From: Spirochaetia bacterium | Lineage (GTDB): Bacteria > Spirochaetota > Spirochaetia > SZUA-6 > Bin103 | Length of the DNA: 64,000 nucleotides | Assembly (NCBI GenBank): GCA_965203515.1 | Contig: OZ241907.1 | Coordinates: 1,568,001-1,632,000, forward strand | Direction: 5' to 3' | In this document: positions 26,584-38,597 of the stretch, piece after piece | Layout: the number at the start of each line of letters is the position of its first letter | Position numbering within the stretch: position 1 is the first letter of the stretch | Notes under the pieces: model-generated | Databases searched by the model: none | The model's input: only the letters and a program-made list of their open reading frames with translations | Told to the model about the DNA's origin: nothing | Program-made: the position numbers and the translations under genes

Positions 26584-28827
26584 TCACTCGTCCCCTCCTA
26601 CCTGCACCCGAAGCTGCTGGCCGGCCAGGGTCTGGCGCGCCCAGAACAGGTTCTGGCTCGCGTCGTTGCCGCCCGCCACCAGGTTCGCGGTGCCGGTCGC
26701 GGTGGTGCCGCCGCTCGGCGCCGCCGTAAAGGTCACGGTTGGCGCGGTCACGTAGCCGCTCCCCCCGTTGGTAATCTCCACCGACCGGATGACGTATTCG
26801 AAGACCGCGGTGCCGACCGCCCTGGTGCCGCCGGTCGGCGCCGCCGTAAAGGAGACGGTCGGGGCGGAGGTGTAGCCGCTGCCGGGGTTGGTGACCGTCG
26901 CCGACGGAACGGCGTAGACCACGCTGGCGGTGGCGGTCGCCCCGCTGCCGCCACCGCCGGAAAAGGAGACGGTGGGCGCCGAGGTGTAGCCGCTCCCCGC
27001 GGTCCCGGCCGTCACCGAGCCGACCCCGTAGTTCATCACCGCGGTGCCGGTCGCCGCGGTGCCGCCGGACGGCGCCGAAAAGGTCACGGTGGGCGCCGAG
27101 GTGTAGCCGCTCCCCCCGGCGGTGACCATCACCTCATCCGCCTCGACGACCACGGTCGCGGTGGCGGCCGCCCCGCTGCCGCCGCCGCCGGAGAAGGAGA
27201 CGGTGGGCGCCGAGGTGTAGCCGCTCCCCCCGCTGGTGACGTCAACCCCGGTGATGGTGCTGCCCATCACCGCGCGGTAGCCGGCGCCGCTGCCGCCGCC
27301 GCCGGTAAAGGTGATCGTGGGGGCGGAGGTGTAGCCGCTCCCCGCGTTGGTGACGTCGACCCCTCGAATGTTGGAGTACATTCTCACGTTGAACGCTGCC
27401 CCCGTGCCTACCGTAATGGAGACCGTGGGGGGCGAGGTGTAGCCGCGCCCCCGGTTGGTGAATACGAGGCGGTCCGCCCGCCCGTCTGAATGCCTGCTCA
27501 AGGTGGCGGTTGCCCTGGTGCCGCCGGACGGCGGCGCCGAGAGGGTCACGACGGAGGCCGACGTGTAACCGCTGCCGTCGGCGGTTTTCGGCGCGCTCTG
27601 GACGGCGTCGGGCCCCCACGCGGTGCCGGTCGCGGTGGTGCCGCCGGCCCGTTGTGGGGCCGAGAAGGTCGCGGTCGGGACCGAGGTGTAGCCGCTCCCG
27701 TACTGATTGCCGATCCTCGTCACGGAAGCGACGCTGTCGGGCCCGGTCGCGGCGGCGGCAGCTCCGCTGCCGCCGCCGCCGGAGAAGGAGACGGTGGGGG
27801 GCGAGGTGTAGCCGCTGCCGGCGGTCCCGACGTTCACCGAAGTGACGGCCCCGCGCGTCGTCGCGGTGGCGGTCGCGCCGCTGCCGCCGCCGCCCGAAAT
27901 GGTGACCGTGGGCGCCCCCGTATAGCCCGCTCCCCGGGTATCGAGCGTCACCGAAGCGACGCGGCCGCTGAGCGCCGCGGTGCCGGCCGCGTCGGTGCCG
28001 CCGGCCGGCGCCGCCGAGAAGGAGACGGTGGGCGCCGAGGTGTAGCCGCTGCCGGCGGTATCCATGTCCACCGAAACGACGCTGCCGCTGATATCCGCGG
28101 TGGCGGCCGCGCCACTGCCGCCGCCGCCGGAAAAGGAGATGGTGGGCGCCGAGTTGTAGCCGGCGCCGGCGGTCGTGACGTTCACCGAACCGACGCCGCC
28201 GCCGCCCGCTACGTCGGCGGTTGCCCGGGTGCCGCCGGCCGGCGGCGCCGCCAAGGTCACGCTGGGCGCCGAGGTGTAGCCGCTGCCCCGCTCGGTAATC
28301 GTGACCGACTCGACGGTGTCCGAGGCGCCCGACTGATCCGGGGCGGTGAGCACCAGCACGATCGAGCCCGCGCTCACTTCGGCGCCAACAGTCCACTGCG
28401 CGCCTGAGATGTCGTCGGCGAAGGCCGGCGCGGTCGCCATGCTCGTGAACGGCAGTTCGTTGCCGCCGATCGACACGGTCACCGTTTCGCCCTCGGCGCC
28501 GGTGATCCCGTCCCAGGCGAACGGCTCGGAGCGGATCGTCAAGGCGCTCGGGTCCGCTGCGTCAGGCAACGGCAGCGCCGATGACCAGGCATCATCCCCG
28601 ATGTCCCAGCGCTGCTCGGCCGCCGGCGAAGTCGGGGCCGGCGTGGTCGGCGACCCGCCATTGCCGCCGGCGCCTCCGCTCCCTCCATTGCCGCCCGCGC
28701 CGCCCGCGCCGGCGCCGGTCGCGACCGGCGGGGCCGTCTGCTGGCACGCCAGCAGGGCGATGCCGGTGACTGCGGCCAGCGCCAGAAGCGCGGCCTTGCT
28801 GCTCATACCTTTGACCTTCCTTGCCAC
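26584..28827 (-). CDS. Surface lipoprotein with 14 GSGYTSAPTV-type repeats (paralog A, ~747 aa)
   Basis: AGGAGG SD before GTG 28827 (alternative ATG 28806); lipobox IALLAC; Gly/Pro linker; 14 repeats of ~38 aa; shares N- and C-terminal segments with 58420-59699. Confidence 0.88.
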   Translation of the reverse strand: MARKVKGMSSKAALLALAAVTGIALLACQQTAPPVATGAGAGGAGGNGGSGGAGGNGGSPTTPAPTSPAAEQRWDIGDDAWSSALPLPDAADPSALTIRSEPFAWDGITGAEGETVTVSIGGNELPFTSMATAPAFADDISGAQWTVGAEVSAGSIVLVLTAPDQSGASDTVESVTITERGSGYTSAPSVTLAAPPAGGTRATADVAGGGGVGSVNVTTAGAGYNSAPTISFSGGGGSGAAATADISGSVVSVDMDTAGSGYTSAPTVSFSAAPAGGTDAAGTAALSGRVASVTLDTRGAGYTGAPTVTISGGGGSGATATATTRGAVTSVNVGTAGSGYTSPPTVSFSGGGGSGAAAAATGPDSVASVTRIGNQYGSGYTSVPTATFSAPQRAGGTTATGTAWGPDAVQSAPKTADGSGYTSASVVTLSAPPSGGTRATATLSRHSDGRADRLVFTNRGRGYTSPPTVSITVGTGAAFNVRMYSNIRGVDVTNAGSGYTSAPTITFTGGGGSGAGYRAVMGSTITGVDVTSGGSGYTSAPTVSFSGGGGSGAAATATVVVEADEVMVTAGGSGYTSAPTVTFSAPSGGTAATGTAVMNYGVGSVTAGTAGSGYTSAPTVSFSGGGGSGATATASVVYAVPSATVTNPGSGYTSAPTVSFTAAPTGGTRAVGTAVFEYVIRSVEITNGGSGYVTAPTVTFTAAPSGGTTATGTANLVAGGNDASQNLFWARQTLAGQQLRVQVGGDE

Positions 28828-28892
28828 TTGATTCCTTCCTCCTGAGTGCGCCGGGCCGGAGCTGCCGCGGCCGGCCAGAATCTTCGGTCTAT

Positions 28893-28915
28893 GGGGGGGG
28901 GGGGGGGGGGGGGGG
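28893..28915. repeat. G23 homopolymer (C23 on the coding strand) in the 5' UTR of paralog A
   Basis: 23 consecutive G, starting 12 nt downstream of the -10 box. Confidence 0.9.
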
Positions 28916-28927
28916 AGCATGCGTTTC

Positions 28928-28956
28928 AGTATCGGCGTCGGTCGAATCGGTGTCAA
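28928..28956 (-). promoter_or_regulatory. Sigma70-type promoter of paralog A
   Basis: TTGACA-17 nt-GATACT. Confidence 0.72.
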
Positions 28957-28964
28957 CGCAGAGG

Positions 28965-29624
28965 TCAGTCGAGAAGATTGCGCGACCGCAGCGCCTCCAG
29001 TATCTTGCCGACGACCGCGTGCTGGTCGAGGTCTTCGGTGTCGACGACGCAGTCGGCTTGCGCGGCGTCGTCGATGTCGATGTCGTACAGCCGCAGATAG
29101 CGGCGGCGGTCGCGGCGGTCGCGCACGCCGGTGGCAGCGAGCGCGGCGCGATACGATATCGCCTCCCGCGACGCGATGCGCGCCGCCCGCGTCTGCTGAG
29201 ACGCCTCCAGGTAGACCGACAGATCCTGCTCGTCGAGTAGCCAGATCGCCAGCCGCGTGCCGACCACGCACCCGCCTTCGGCGGCAAGCTCCACCAGCCG
29301 GTGGTCCAGATCGTGATCGACCGATTGATCGTACTCGGCCAGTTCCCAGAGCTGCTCGAAGGTCAATCCGCGCTCGCGCGCCAAGTCGCGCAGGGTGAAG
29401 TTGATCAGCCGCAAGCCGAGCCGTTCGGCGACCAGGCGCGACACGGTGGAGTTGCCGCAGCCCGACTTGCCGGAGATCGTGATCACCAGCCGGCCGGCGC
29501 GGCCGCTCATCCGGCCATCTTCGCCCCGCGGCGCCGCCGAGGAGCGGGTCGCCGCGCGATCGCTCGACGCCGGCCGATCGCTCGACGCCGGCCGGTCGCT
29601 CGACGCCGGCCGGTCACTCGACAT
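28965..29624 (-). CDS. cmk: Cytidylate kinase-like protein (AAA_17-type)
   Basis: ITISGKSGCGNSTVS, INFTLR, RDRRRYLRLYDID; N-terminal SSDRPA repeats; alternative start 29510. Confidence 0.85.
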   Translation of the reverse strand: MSSDRPASSDRPASSDRPASSDRAATRSSAAPRGEDGRMSGRAGRLVITISGKSGCGNSTVSRLVAERLGLRLINFTLRDLARERGLTFEQLWELAEYDQSVDHDLDHRLVELAAEGGCVVGTRLAIWLLDEQDLSVYLEASQQTRAARIASREAISYRAALAATGVRDRRDRRRYLRLYDIDIDDAAQADCVVDTEDLDQHAVVGKILEALRSRNLLD

Positions 29625-29629
29625 GACGG

Positions 29630-30514
29630 TCACTCCACATTGCGTAGCTGCTCGCGCATGCGCTCGACGTTCTCCTTGACCGCCAGCACGTGGCCGTCGA
29701 CGTCGGCCGACGCCGCCTTGGCGACGATCGTATTGGCCTCGCGGAGCACCTCCTGACAATAGAACTCGAGCTTCTTGCCGTGCGGGCCCTCGACGCCGGC
29801 CATGCCGTCGCGCATGCCGTTCAGGTGCGCGCGCAGTCGCTGCAGCTCCTCGTTGACGTCGGACCGCGCCAACAGCAGGGCGACCGCGGGCACGACCCGG
29901 TCGGCGGCGGCCTCGGAGGCCAGCAGCCGGTCGATCCGTGCCTTCACGTCGCCCTCCAACCGTTCCTGCCACGCCGCCGCCAGGCTGGAGAGCCGGCCCG
30001 CCTCCGCCTCCACCCGTTGCAGACAGGCCGACAGATCGGCGGCCAGCTCCGCCCCTTCCCGCTCGCGCTCGGCGTCCAGCCGCTGCAGAGCCTGCTCGGC
30101 CGCCTCCAGCGCGCCGGCTCGGACCGCGGCGCCCGCGTGGTCCTCGCTCGGTTCCGCCTCGATCACGCCCAGGCCAAGCTGCCGGTCGGCGGCCAGCAGG
30201 TCCCGTACCGTGAGCTCCCCGCTCAGGCCTGCCGCGCGGGCGATCCCGCGCAGCAGGTCGGCGGCGGCCGCCGCCCGCGCCGCGCTTACGCGCGGCCGCG
30301 CCGCCGCGCCGGTCACCCGGATCTGCAGCTCCACGCGCCCGCGCGTCATCCGCCCGGCGATCAGCGCCCGCAGCGCCGGTTCCAGGGCGGCGAGCCCCTG
30401 CGGTACCGAGACGCCGGCATCCAGGAAGCGGTTGTTGTAGCTGCGGACTTCGGCGGTGATGTCGATCCCGTCGACGTGGCGTTCGGCACGGCCGAAACCG
30501 GTCATGCTCTTCAT
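29630..30514 (-). CDS. yicC: YicC/YloC family endoribonuclease
   Basis: MKSMTGFG, SYNNRFLD, DVNEELQRL, GKKLEF..QE..RE.NT, EQLRNVE. Confidence 0.95.
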   Translation of the reverse strand: MKSMTGFGRAERHVDGIDITAEVRSYNNRFLDAGVSVPQGLAALEPALRALIAGRMTRGRVELQIRVTGAAARPRVSAARAAAAADLLRGIARAAGLSGELTVRDLLAADRQLGLGVIEAEPSEDHAGAAVRAGALEAAEQALQRLDAEREREGAELAADLSACLQRVEAEAGRLSSLAAAWQERLEGDVKARIDRLLASEAAADRVVPAVALLLARSDVNEELQRLRAHLNGMRDGMAGVEGPHGKKLEFYCQEVLREANTIVAKAASADVDGHVLAVKENVERMREQLRNVE

Positions 30515-30533
30515 CGGGCGGGGCCTGCCTCAG

Positions 30534-32027
30534 CTACCGCTCTGCAGGCGCGCCCTGCAGGCGTTCGCGCAGTCGTTCGCCCAGCTTCCAGTTATCCCCG
30601 GCGCCCATGGTCACGAAGACGTCGCCCGGCCGTACCGAACGCCGCGCGATCTCCAGGGACTCCGGGTCGTCGACGCCCGGCGCATAGCGGACCGCCGGAT
30701 GCCGGCGTTCGACGGCGCGGTACAGGTCGCGCCCCGATATACCGTGGTCGTTGCGCTCGCGGGCCGACGCATAGATGTCGTGCAGTATGACCCGCTCGGC
30801 ATCGCCGAAGACAGTGGCGAAGTCGTCCAGCAGCCGTTCGGTACGGGAAAAGGTGTGCGGCATGAAGTCGACGACCAGCGGCCGGCCGGCAAAGAAGCGC
30901 CGCAGCCCGCTCAGGGTGACGCGTATCTCGGTGGGGTGGTGTCCGTAGTCTTCGACGAACGTGACGCCGCCCGCATCGCCGACCACCTCGCTGCGGCGCC
31001 GCGTGCCGGCGAACCGGGACAGCCCCCGTGATACGGCGTCGAAGGCGGGCGCGCCGCCGCGCAGGCGTCGGTACGCGGCGGACCCGGCCGCGACCGCCAG
31101 CGCCGCGTCCTTGGCGGAGTGGAGCCCCGGCACCCGCAGGGAGAAATCGCCGGGATACGCCGCCAGCCGGAAGCCGGTCCGGCCGGCGGCCAGCGTGACG
31201 CCGGCCAGCCGATAGGGGCCGGCGGCGGCGCGCCCGACCGGCGTGCGCACCACGTCGGTCCGCTCGGCGCCGACCGTCGCGGCGACGTCGACGGCGCCCG
31301 CATCGTCGGCGTCGTAGATCAGCTCGCCGCCGTGCGGCAGCCGCCGGCAGAACTCCACGAAGGCGGCCGCGGTGTCGCGGTAGTCGGCGAAGTAATCGAC
31401 GTGCTCCCACTCCACGCCGGAAAGCACGATGCGGTCCGGGTGGTAGTGGAGGAAGTGGCGCCGGTACTCGCAGGTCTCGGCGGCGAGCAATTCGGCGCCG
31501 CGGTTCAGGGTGCTGCGGTCGCCGAGGCTGCGGGCCGGGCTGCCGGCCAGCACCGTGGCCGGCAGCTCGAACGCATCGAGCAGGGTGCCGAGCATGGCGG
31601 TGATGGTGGTCTTGCCGTGGGTGCCGCATACCGCGATCGCTTCGCACTGCGCGGACAGCGCTCCCAACGCCTGCGGGTAGTTGAGCAGCGGCAGACCCGC
31701 TTCCCGCGCCGCGCGCAGCTCCGGGTGGCGCTCCGGGTCGTACGCCGCCGAGTGGACCACCAGATCGACGCCGCGCACGTTGCCGGGGTCGAACCGAAGC
31801 ACCGGCACGCCGATCCGTCCCAGAACCGACGTGGTGAAGAACGGCTCGTCGACGTCGGAGCCGGTGACGACCGCGCCGCGGGCCAGCAAGACCTCCGCGA
31901 ACGCCGCCATACCCTGTCCGGCGATGCCGACCAGGTGCACGGCGCGCCCGCGGAGACGGCGGAACAGCGCCGTGATCGCATCGCCGGCGGCTGCGCCGTC
32001 CCACCGACCGGGCTCAGGCGGTTGCAA
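30534..32027 (-). CDS. murC: UDP-N-acetylmuramate--L-alanine ligase
   Basis: HLVGIAGQGM, GTHGKTT, DYGHHPTE, PHTFSRT, MGAGD; start uncertain. Confidence 0.94.
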   Translation of the reverse strand: MQPPEPGRWDGAAAGDAITALFRRLRGRAVHLVGIAGQGMAAFAEVLLARGAVVTGSDVDEPFFTTSVLGRIGVPVLRFDPGNVRGVDLVVHSAAYDPERHPELRAAREAGLPLLNYPQALGALSAQCEAIAVCGTHGKTTITAMLGTLLDAFELPATVLAGSPARSLGDRSTLNRGAELLAAETCEYRRHFLHYHPDRIVLSGVEWEHVDYFADYRDTAAAFVEFCRRLPHGGELIYDADDAGAVDVAATVGAERTDVVRTPVGRAAAGPYRLAGVTLAAGRTGFRLAAYPGDFSLRVPGLHSAKDAALAVAAGSAAYRRLRGGAPAFDAVSRGLSRFAGTRRRSEVVGDAGGVTFVEDYGHHPTEIRVTLSGLRRFFAGRPLVVDFMPHTFSRTERLLDDFATVFGDAERVILHDIYASARERNDHGISGRDLYRAVERRHPAVRYAPGVDDPESLEIARRSVRPGDVFVTMGAGDNWKLGERLRERLQGAPAER

Positions 32028-32030
32028 CGT

Positions 32031-32102
<72 letters not shown>

Positions 32103-32168
32103 AGAAAGGGGTACCACAGCGCGTTCGGCGCTCCGGCGCACGAACTATGGAACCGGCGCGCACGCATG

Positions 32169-32687
32169 TCAACCGCCGGCGCGACTCTGCGCGTTGAGCG
32201 CGTCATGCCGCCTGCGGATCGAATCCGGCCAGCGGCTCTTGATGTACGACATCGCGGCGATGATCTCCTCGTCGGACAGGACGCCGCGATAGGCCGGCAT
32301 GGCGGAACGGTAATCGAGCCCGGCGAACCGCTGCATGCCGTACTTGGTCAGGTCGAACAGCACCTGGTCGGTGTGATGCCACGTATGCCCGGTCTCGTCG
32401 TGCGGTGGAGCGGGGAGCAATCCGTCGGCTCCCCGCTGCCGCCAGTTCGCCTGTCCTTCCAGGTTGGCGCCGTGGCACTGCGCGCACGACAGGTCGTAGA
32501 CGTAACGGCCCCGTTCGACGATGCGGCGATCGTCCGGCCGGAAGAGGGCAGCCTGCCGCTCCGGCCGCTCCGGCGGCGTGGGCTGCCGGCCGGGATGCGG
32601 CCGGAAGACGATGACCGCAGCGATGCCGGCGGCCGCCAACGCGGCCAGCCCCGCGGCAAGAACGACCGGTCGCCTCATCGCCCGCAT
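32169..32687 (-). CDS. Monoheme c-type cytochrome, membrane anchored
   Basis: CAQCHGANLEG, PAPPHD..GHTWHH, AMPAY. Confidence 0.9.
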   Translation of the reverse strand: MRAMRRPVVLAAGLAALAAAGIAAVIVFRPHPGRQPTPPERPERQAALFRPDDRRIVERGRYVYDLSCAQCHGANLEGQANWRQRGADGLLPAPPHDETGHTWHHTDQVLFDLTKYGMQRFAGLDYRSAMPAYRGVLSDEEIIAAMSYIKSRWPDSIRRRHDALNAQSRAGG

Positions 32688-32750
32688 GTTATTCACCACC
32701 CGCCCGCCCTTTCAACCACCCGCCGGTTCCGGCATCTCCCGGCGTCGTAC

Positions 32751-32781
32751 TTGACCTTCCCGTTCCGGGACGGTTGACCAT
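32751..32781 (+). promoter_or_regulatory. CueR (MerR-type) regulated promoter of copA
   Basis: TTGACC-19 nt-GACCAT with ACCTTCC-N7-GGACGGT (32754-32774), one mismatch from the CueR palindrome ACCTTCC-N7-GGAAGGT. Confidence 0.85.
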
Positions 32782-32788
32782 GGCGCCC

Positions 32789-35091
<2,303 letters not shown>

Positions 35092-35095
<4 letters not shown>

Positions 35096-36138
35096 CGCGG
35101 CCGGCGGCGCGCGGATCGGTCCGGCTCGCGCTGGCGCTCCTGTGTGCCGGCGCCCTGACCGCTTGGGCGGACCAACACGTGGCGGCGACGATCGGCGACC
35201 GGCCGGTGCACCGCGCCGATCTGCTGGCGGCGGCGGCGCTCGCCCTGGAAGAGACCGAACTGGAACGCCTGCGCTGTCAGGCCGCGGCCGACCGGCGCCA
35301 CGCTGACGTCCTGCGGAGCTTTCTCCGGGACATCGTGCACCGGCGACTGCTCGACCTGGAGGCCGACCGCACCGGGACGACTGCGGACACGATGCTGGCG
35401 GCGGTCCGCGCGTCGGCGCCGCCGGTCGAGACGGAGGCGGTCGAAACGTTCTACCTGCGGAACCGGGACCGCATTCCGTACTCGCTGGCGGCGGTCGCCG
35501 ATCAGATCCGCGCGTTGCTGCAGCAGCAGGCGGAGCAGCGCGCCGAGGAGGAGTTTCTCGACGGCCTGGAACGGCGGTTTGCGGTCGATTACCGGCTCGA
35601 GCCGTTTCGGATCGACGTGGACGCCGACGGCTTCGCCGCCCGCGGGCCGGCCGGCGCGCCGGTGACGATCGTCGAGTTCTCGGACTTCGAGTGCCCGTAC
35701 TGCGCCTCGATCCAGCCCGCCCTGGAGCGGGCCGGCCGGGAGTACGCCGGCCGCCTGCGGATCGTCTACCGCCACCTCCCGTTGACCGAAATCCACGCGC
35801 ACGCGCAGAAAGCGGCCGAGGCGGCGCTCTGCGCGGGCGAGCAAGGCCGGTTCTGGGAGCTGCACGACCTCATGTTCGCCGAGCAGGGCGCCTTGTCCGT
35901 GCCCGATCTCAAGGACAAGGCCGGACGGATCGGTCTTGACCGAACGGCGTTCGACGCGTGCCTCGATTCGGGCCGGCACTACGAAACGGTGCGCGCCGAC
36001 GTCCGCGCCGCGGCGGCCGCCGGGGTGTCGAGCACGCCGGCCCTGCTCGTCAACGGCCGGCCGCTGCCGTCGGGCGCCGTTCCGTTCGAGACGATCGCCG
36101 CGGCCATCGACGACGAGCTCGACCGCCTGGGCCGATGA
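35092..36138 (+). CDS. DsbA/thioredoxin-like exported protein
   Basis: Signal peptide; IVEFSDFECPYC; GVSSTP; GTGA overlap with copA. Confidence 0.88.
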
Positions 36139-36173
36139 CTTGGCAGGTCTCGCTCAAGACGCATACAGAGCGG

Positions 36174-37271
36174 TCAGCTCCGCGACGACCGCTCAACGCC
36201 CGATCGAACGTACTCCTGAAGGTGACATGCGGCGCCGAACATCTCGACTCGCCACTGCTCGTCCGATCGAAGCCGCCGCCGCAGTCGAACGGTGCCCGGC
36301 GCCGGCGTCCGCCGCAGCCGGATGCCCGACTCCCTGATCGTTCGGTCGACCGCATGTGCCCGGCGAGCCGGGCGGCTCGAATCGGCCCTCGCCGTGGCAT
36401 ACGCGCGTGAAGTCCTGGCAAGAATTCGCTGCGCATCGCGGTCGCTCGGCAGCGTACGGCCACCTCGCCGCCACGGAGCGAGCAGCGCGACGGGATCAGG
36501 AGCCAGCAACCGCTTCCACACGCGGGGTTCGTCGGCGGTCTCGGCGCCGTGGTGCGGCACCTTGAACGCGGATGCCGTGTCGGGAGGACGCGTCCTGTCC
36601 TGCAGAATCTTCAACCAGCCGCCCTTCTCCAGGTCGGAACCGAGCAGTACCGCAACGTCGCCGACCTCCACCCGAAGCACCACGGAAGCGTCGTTTGGAG
36701 AGAGGCTGGAGATTCTGGTCTCGGCTTGCCCGGTCTTTGGCATCAAACGGCCTAGATCGCTCATGAACTGGAGGAACGCTTCGTCGTCAGGTGAGAGCGC
36801 CCGGATGCGACACGTCCCCTTCTCAAGAATATAACGGTTGGCTACTGCCAAGATGGGCGTGGATGACGCTTCCCGAAGTAGGGAAAATACCCGGTGTAGC
36901 TCGCGCACGCCGGAGCCGAAAGAAGCATGGTGACGGTCTTCAAGAGCGTCGATCATGGCCAAAAACTCCTCGTTACACAGGACAATTGCACAGCAAAAGG
37001 ATGCCTTCGCACAGACCTGCACCATCCGTGCAAGGCCTCGTATGTGGTCGTCGTGCCAGTGGGTGGCCACGATCATCGCCACTGCCTGGGACGGATCGAC
37101 GCCGATGGCCCGCAGATAGTCCAGCGCGGCCGGGGCGTCGGAACGTCCACAGGAATCGACCAGAATCCAGGCGCCGTCGCCGACGTGCATGACCACGCTT
37201 TCGCCATATCCGGGACCGATGAGGGTCAGTTCGACTTCATCGGCCCTTGGGGGTTGCCCGCCGTACGTCAC
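36174..37271 (-). CDS. MBL-fold metallo-hydrolase (ComEC/Rec2-like)
   Basis: GPGYGES, LVDS, THWHDDH, NDASVV, LGSD, KVPHHG; GTGA overlap with upstream gene. Confidence 0.85.
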   Translation of the reverse strand: MTYGGQPPRADEVELTLIGPGYGESVVMHVGDGAWILVDSCGRSDAPAALDYLRAIGVDPSQAVAMIVATHWHDDHIRGLARMVQVCAKASFCCAIVLCNEEFLAMIDALEDRHHASFGSGVRELHRVFSLLREASSTPILAVANRYILEKGTCRIRALSPDDEAFLQFMSDLGRLMPKTGQAETRISSLSPNDASVVLRVEVGDVAVLLGSDLEKGGWLKILQDRTRPPDTASAFKVPHHGAETADEPRVWKRLLAPDPVALLAPWRRGGRTLPSDRDAQRILARTSRAYATARADSSRPARRAHAVDRTIRESGIRLRRTPAPGTVRLRRRLRSDEQWRVEMFGAACHLQEYVRSGVERSSRS

Positions 37272-37858
37272 CGATCGATATCTTGTATCTTGAGCGCCTG
37301 CATCGTCTTGCGAGCCCACTCCCCGCCTTGTTGGAAATCGCGTTCGGTGAGCCGGGGAAGATCGCGGAACACGATCTGGGACACGCGTTTCTTCGTTCCG
37401 GAAGGATCACGTTGATAGCCGATGACCCAACGGAAGATACCGCCTTCCCGCAACGTTGCGGCATCTCCGTCGGAGATTTCGGCCAATGGAATGGTCGCCT
37501 CTTCCTCCTCATGCGATGACCCGGCGGTCAAATCGACCAGCCTCGCCACGAACTCGCCGCCATGTATCTCCAATACATATCCCTCCCATTCCTGCAGAGC
37601 GTGAAATGAGGATCGCGGGACATTGGCGCCGTATTGCTCAGGAAAGGAAAGCGTCGAAGGTTCGACGGCCGGTGATCTCACCGTTCTGGTGCCAAAAACG
37701 TCGTCCTGCGCAGGAGATGTCCCTGTCAGCGCCGATTGTATCGCCTCCTCGGGCACGCGGGGAACGAGAGGCGGTACTCCGCTGACCGTCTCCTCAACGG
37801 CGCCGCCCGCATCCTCTGCGAAACTGTCAGCGGTCACCGACTGGCCGGAATGCGCCAT
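37268..37858 (-). CDS. Hypothetical protein
   Basis: AAGGAGG SD; low-complexity N half; C domain LQEWEGYV...FVARLVDL...GGIFRWVIGY...VSQIVFRDLP. Confidence 0.8.
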   Translation of the reverse strand: MAHSGQSVTADSFAEDAGGAVEETVSGVPPLVPRVPEEAIQSALTGTSPAQDDVFGTRTVRSPAVEPSTLSFPEQYGANVPRSSFHALQEWEGYVLEIHGGEFVARLVDLTAGSSHEEEEATIPLAEISDGDAATLREGGIFRWVIGYQRDPSGTKKRVSQIVFRDLPRLTERDFQQGGEWARKTMQALKIQDIDR

Positions 37859-37863
37859 GCGCG

Positions 37864-38556
37864 CTAACCCTCCTTCGCCAACGACATGATATGATCGATG
37901 ATATCATCGCTGCGCCGCAATGAAGTGTCGAAGTTGTCACAGAGGAAGCCCATCAATTGGGCGCGGCCGCGTGCGTCGTCACGGTCGATCCGGTAGTGAT
38001 CATTGACGCCGACGTAGACGCCCGACCCGTGGCCGATTCGATTGGACGGTTCGACGGTAACGTTGATCTGCCCGCCCGGCGGCCTGCCTTCGGGCCGGAG
38101 CTGAGACATCCTGAGCGACGTCATGCCACCGTGCTCGCTGTCCAACCCGAGTTTCTGACCGCAGCGGCCCCAGGGCGCAACCGGCGCCAACGTTCTGCCG
38201 ATCCGGTCCCGCTCAGCCGAACTACCGGTCCGAAAGTGAACATTGCGGTTGATGCCTATCACCCTGAGCGGCGTGTGGTCGAGGAGCTCCCCGAACACGC
38301 GCGCGACGATGTCGCGCACTCGGACATGCGGCGCCTGCGCCGTGTCGGCCGAGAACCGGTCAGTCGTGACATGCAGGTGAAGCCAATCCGTCGAAAACTC
38401 GGTCACCTGCGGATGAGCGATCTCCAGCTTCGCGCTGTCCGCGGCGCTTTCCGGCAGGAGACCGTGCAGGGCAAACCACGCCGGCGTGAAGATCGCCGGG
38501 TTGAAGTCACCGCGGACGACGACAGCCACCTCGTCGATCTCCGGCTGGATCCTCAC
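37864..38556 (-). CDS. Hypothetical protein, possibly TIGR04255-like
   Basis: VVVRGDFNPAIFTPAW, HTPLRVIGIN, VNDH; family from recall only. Confidence 0.75.
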   Translation of the reverse strand: MRIQPEIDEVAVVVRGDFNPAIFTPAWFALHGLLPESAADSAKLEIAHPQVTEFSTDWLHLHVTTDRFSADTAQAPHVRVRDIVARVFGELLDHTPLRVIGINRNVHFRTGSSAERDRIGRTLAPVAPWGRCGQKLGLDSEHGGMTSLRMSQLRPEGRPPGGQINVTVEPSNRIGHGSGVYVGVNDHYRIDRDDARGRAQLMGFLCDNFDTSLRRSDDIIDHIMSLAKEG

Positions 38557-38597
38557 GCTACCGCCATCGGGGTCGGAGTATAGCGCCTCACCCTTCC

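Noticed and set aside
29455..29480. cmk P-loop GKSGCGNST lacking the usual Lys, read as an inactivation
   Set aside because: As I recall, the Asn variant is normal for this spirochete family; the rest of the gene is intact
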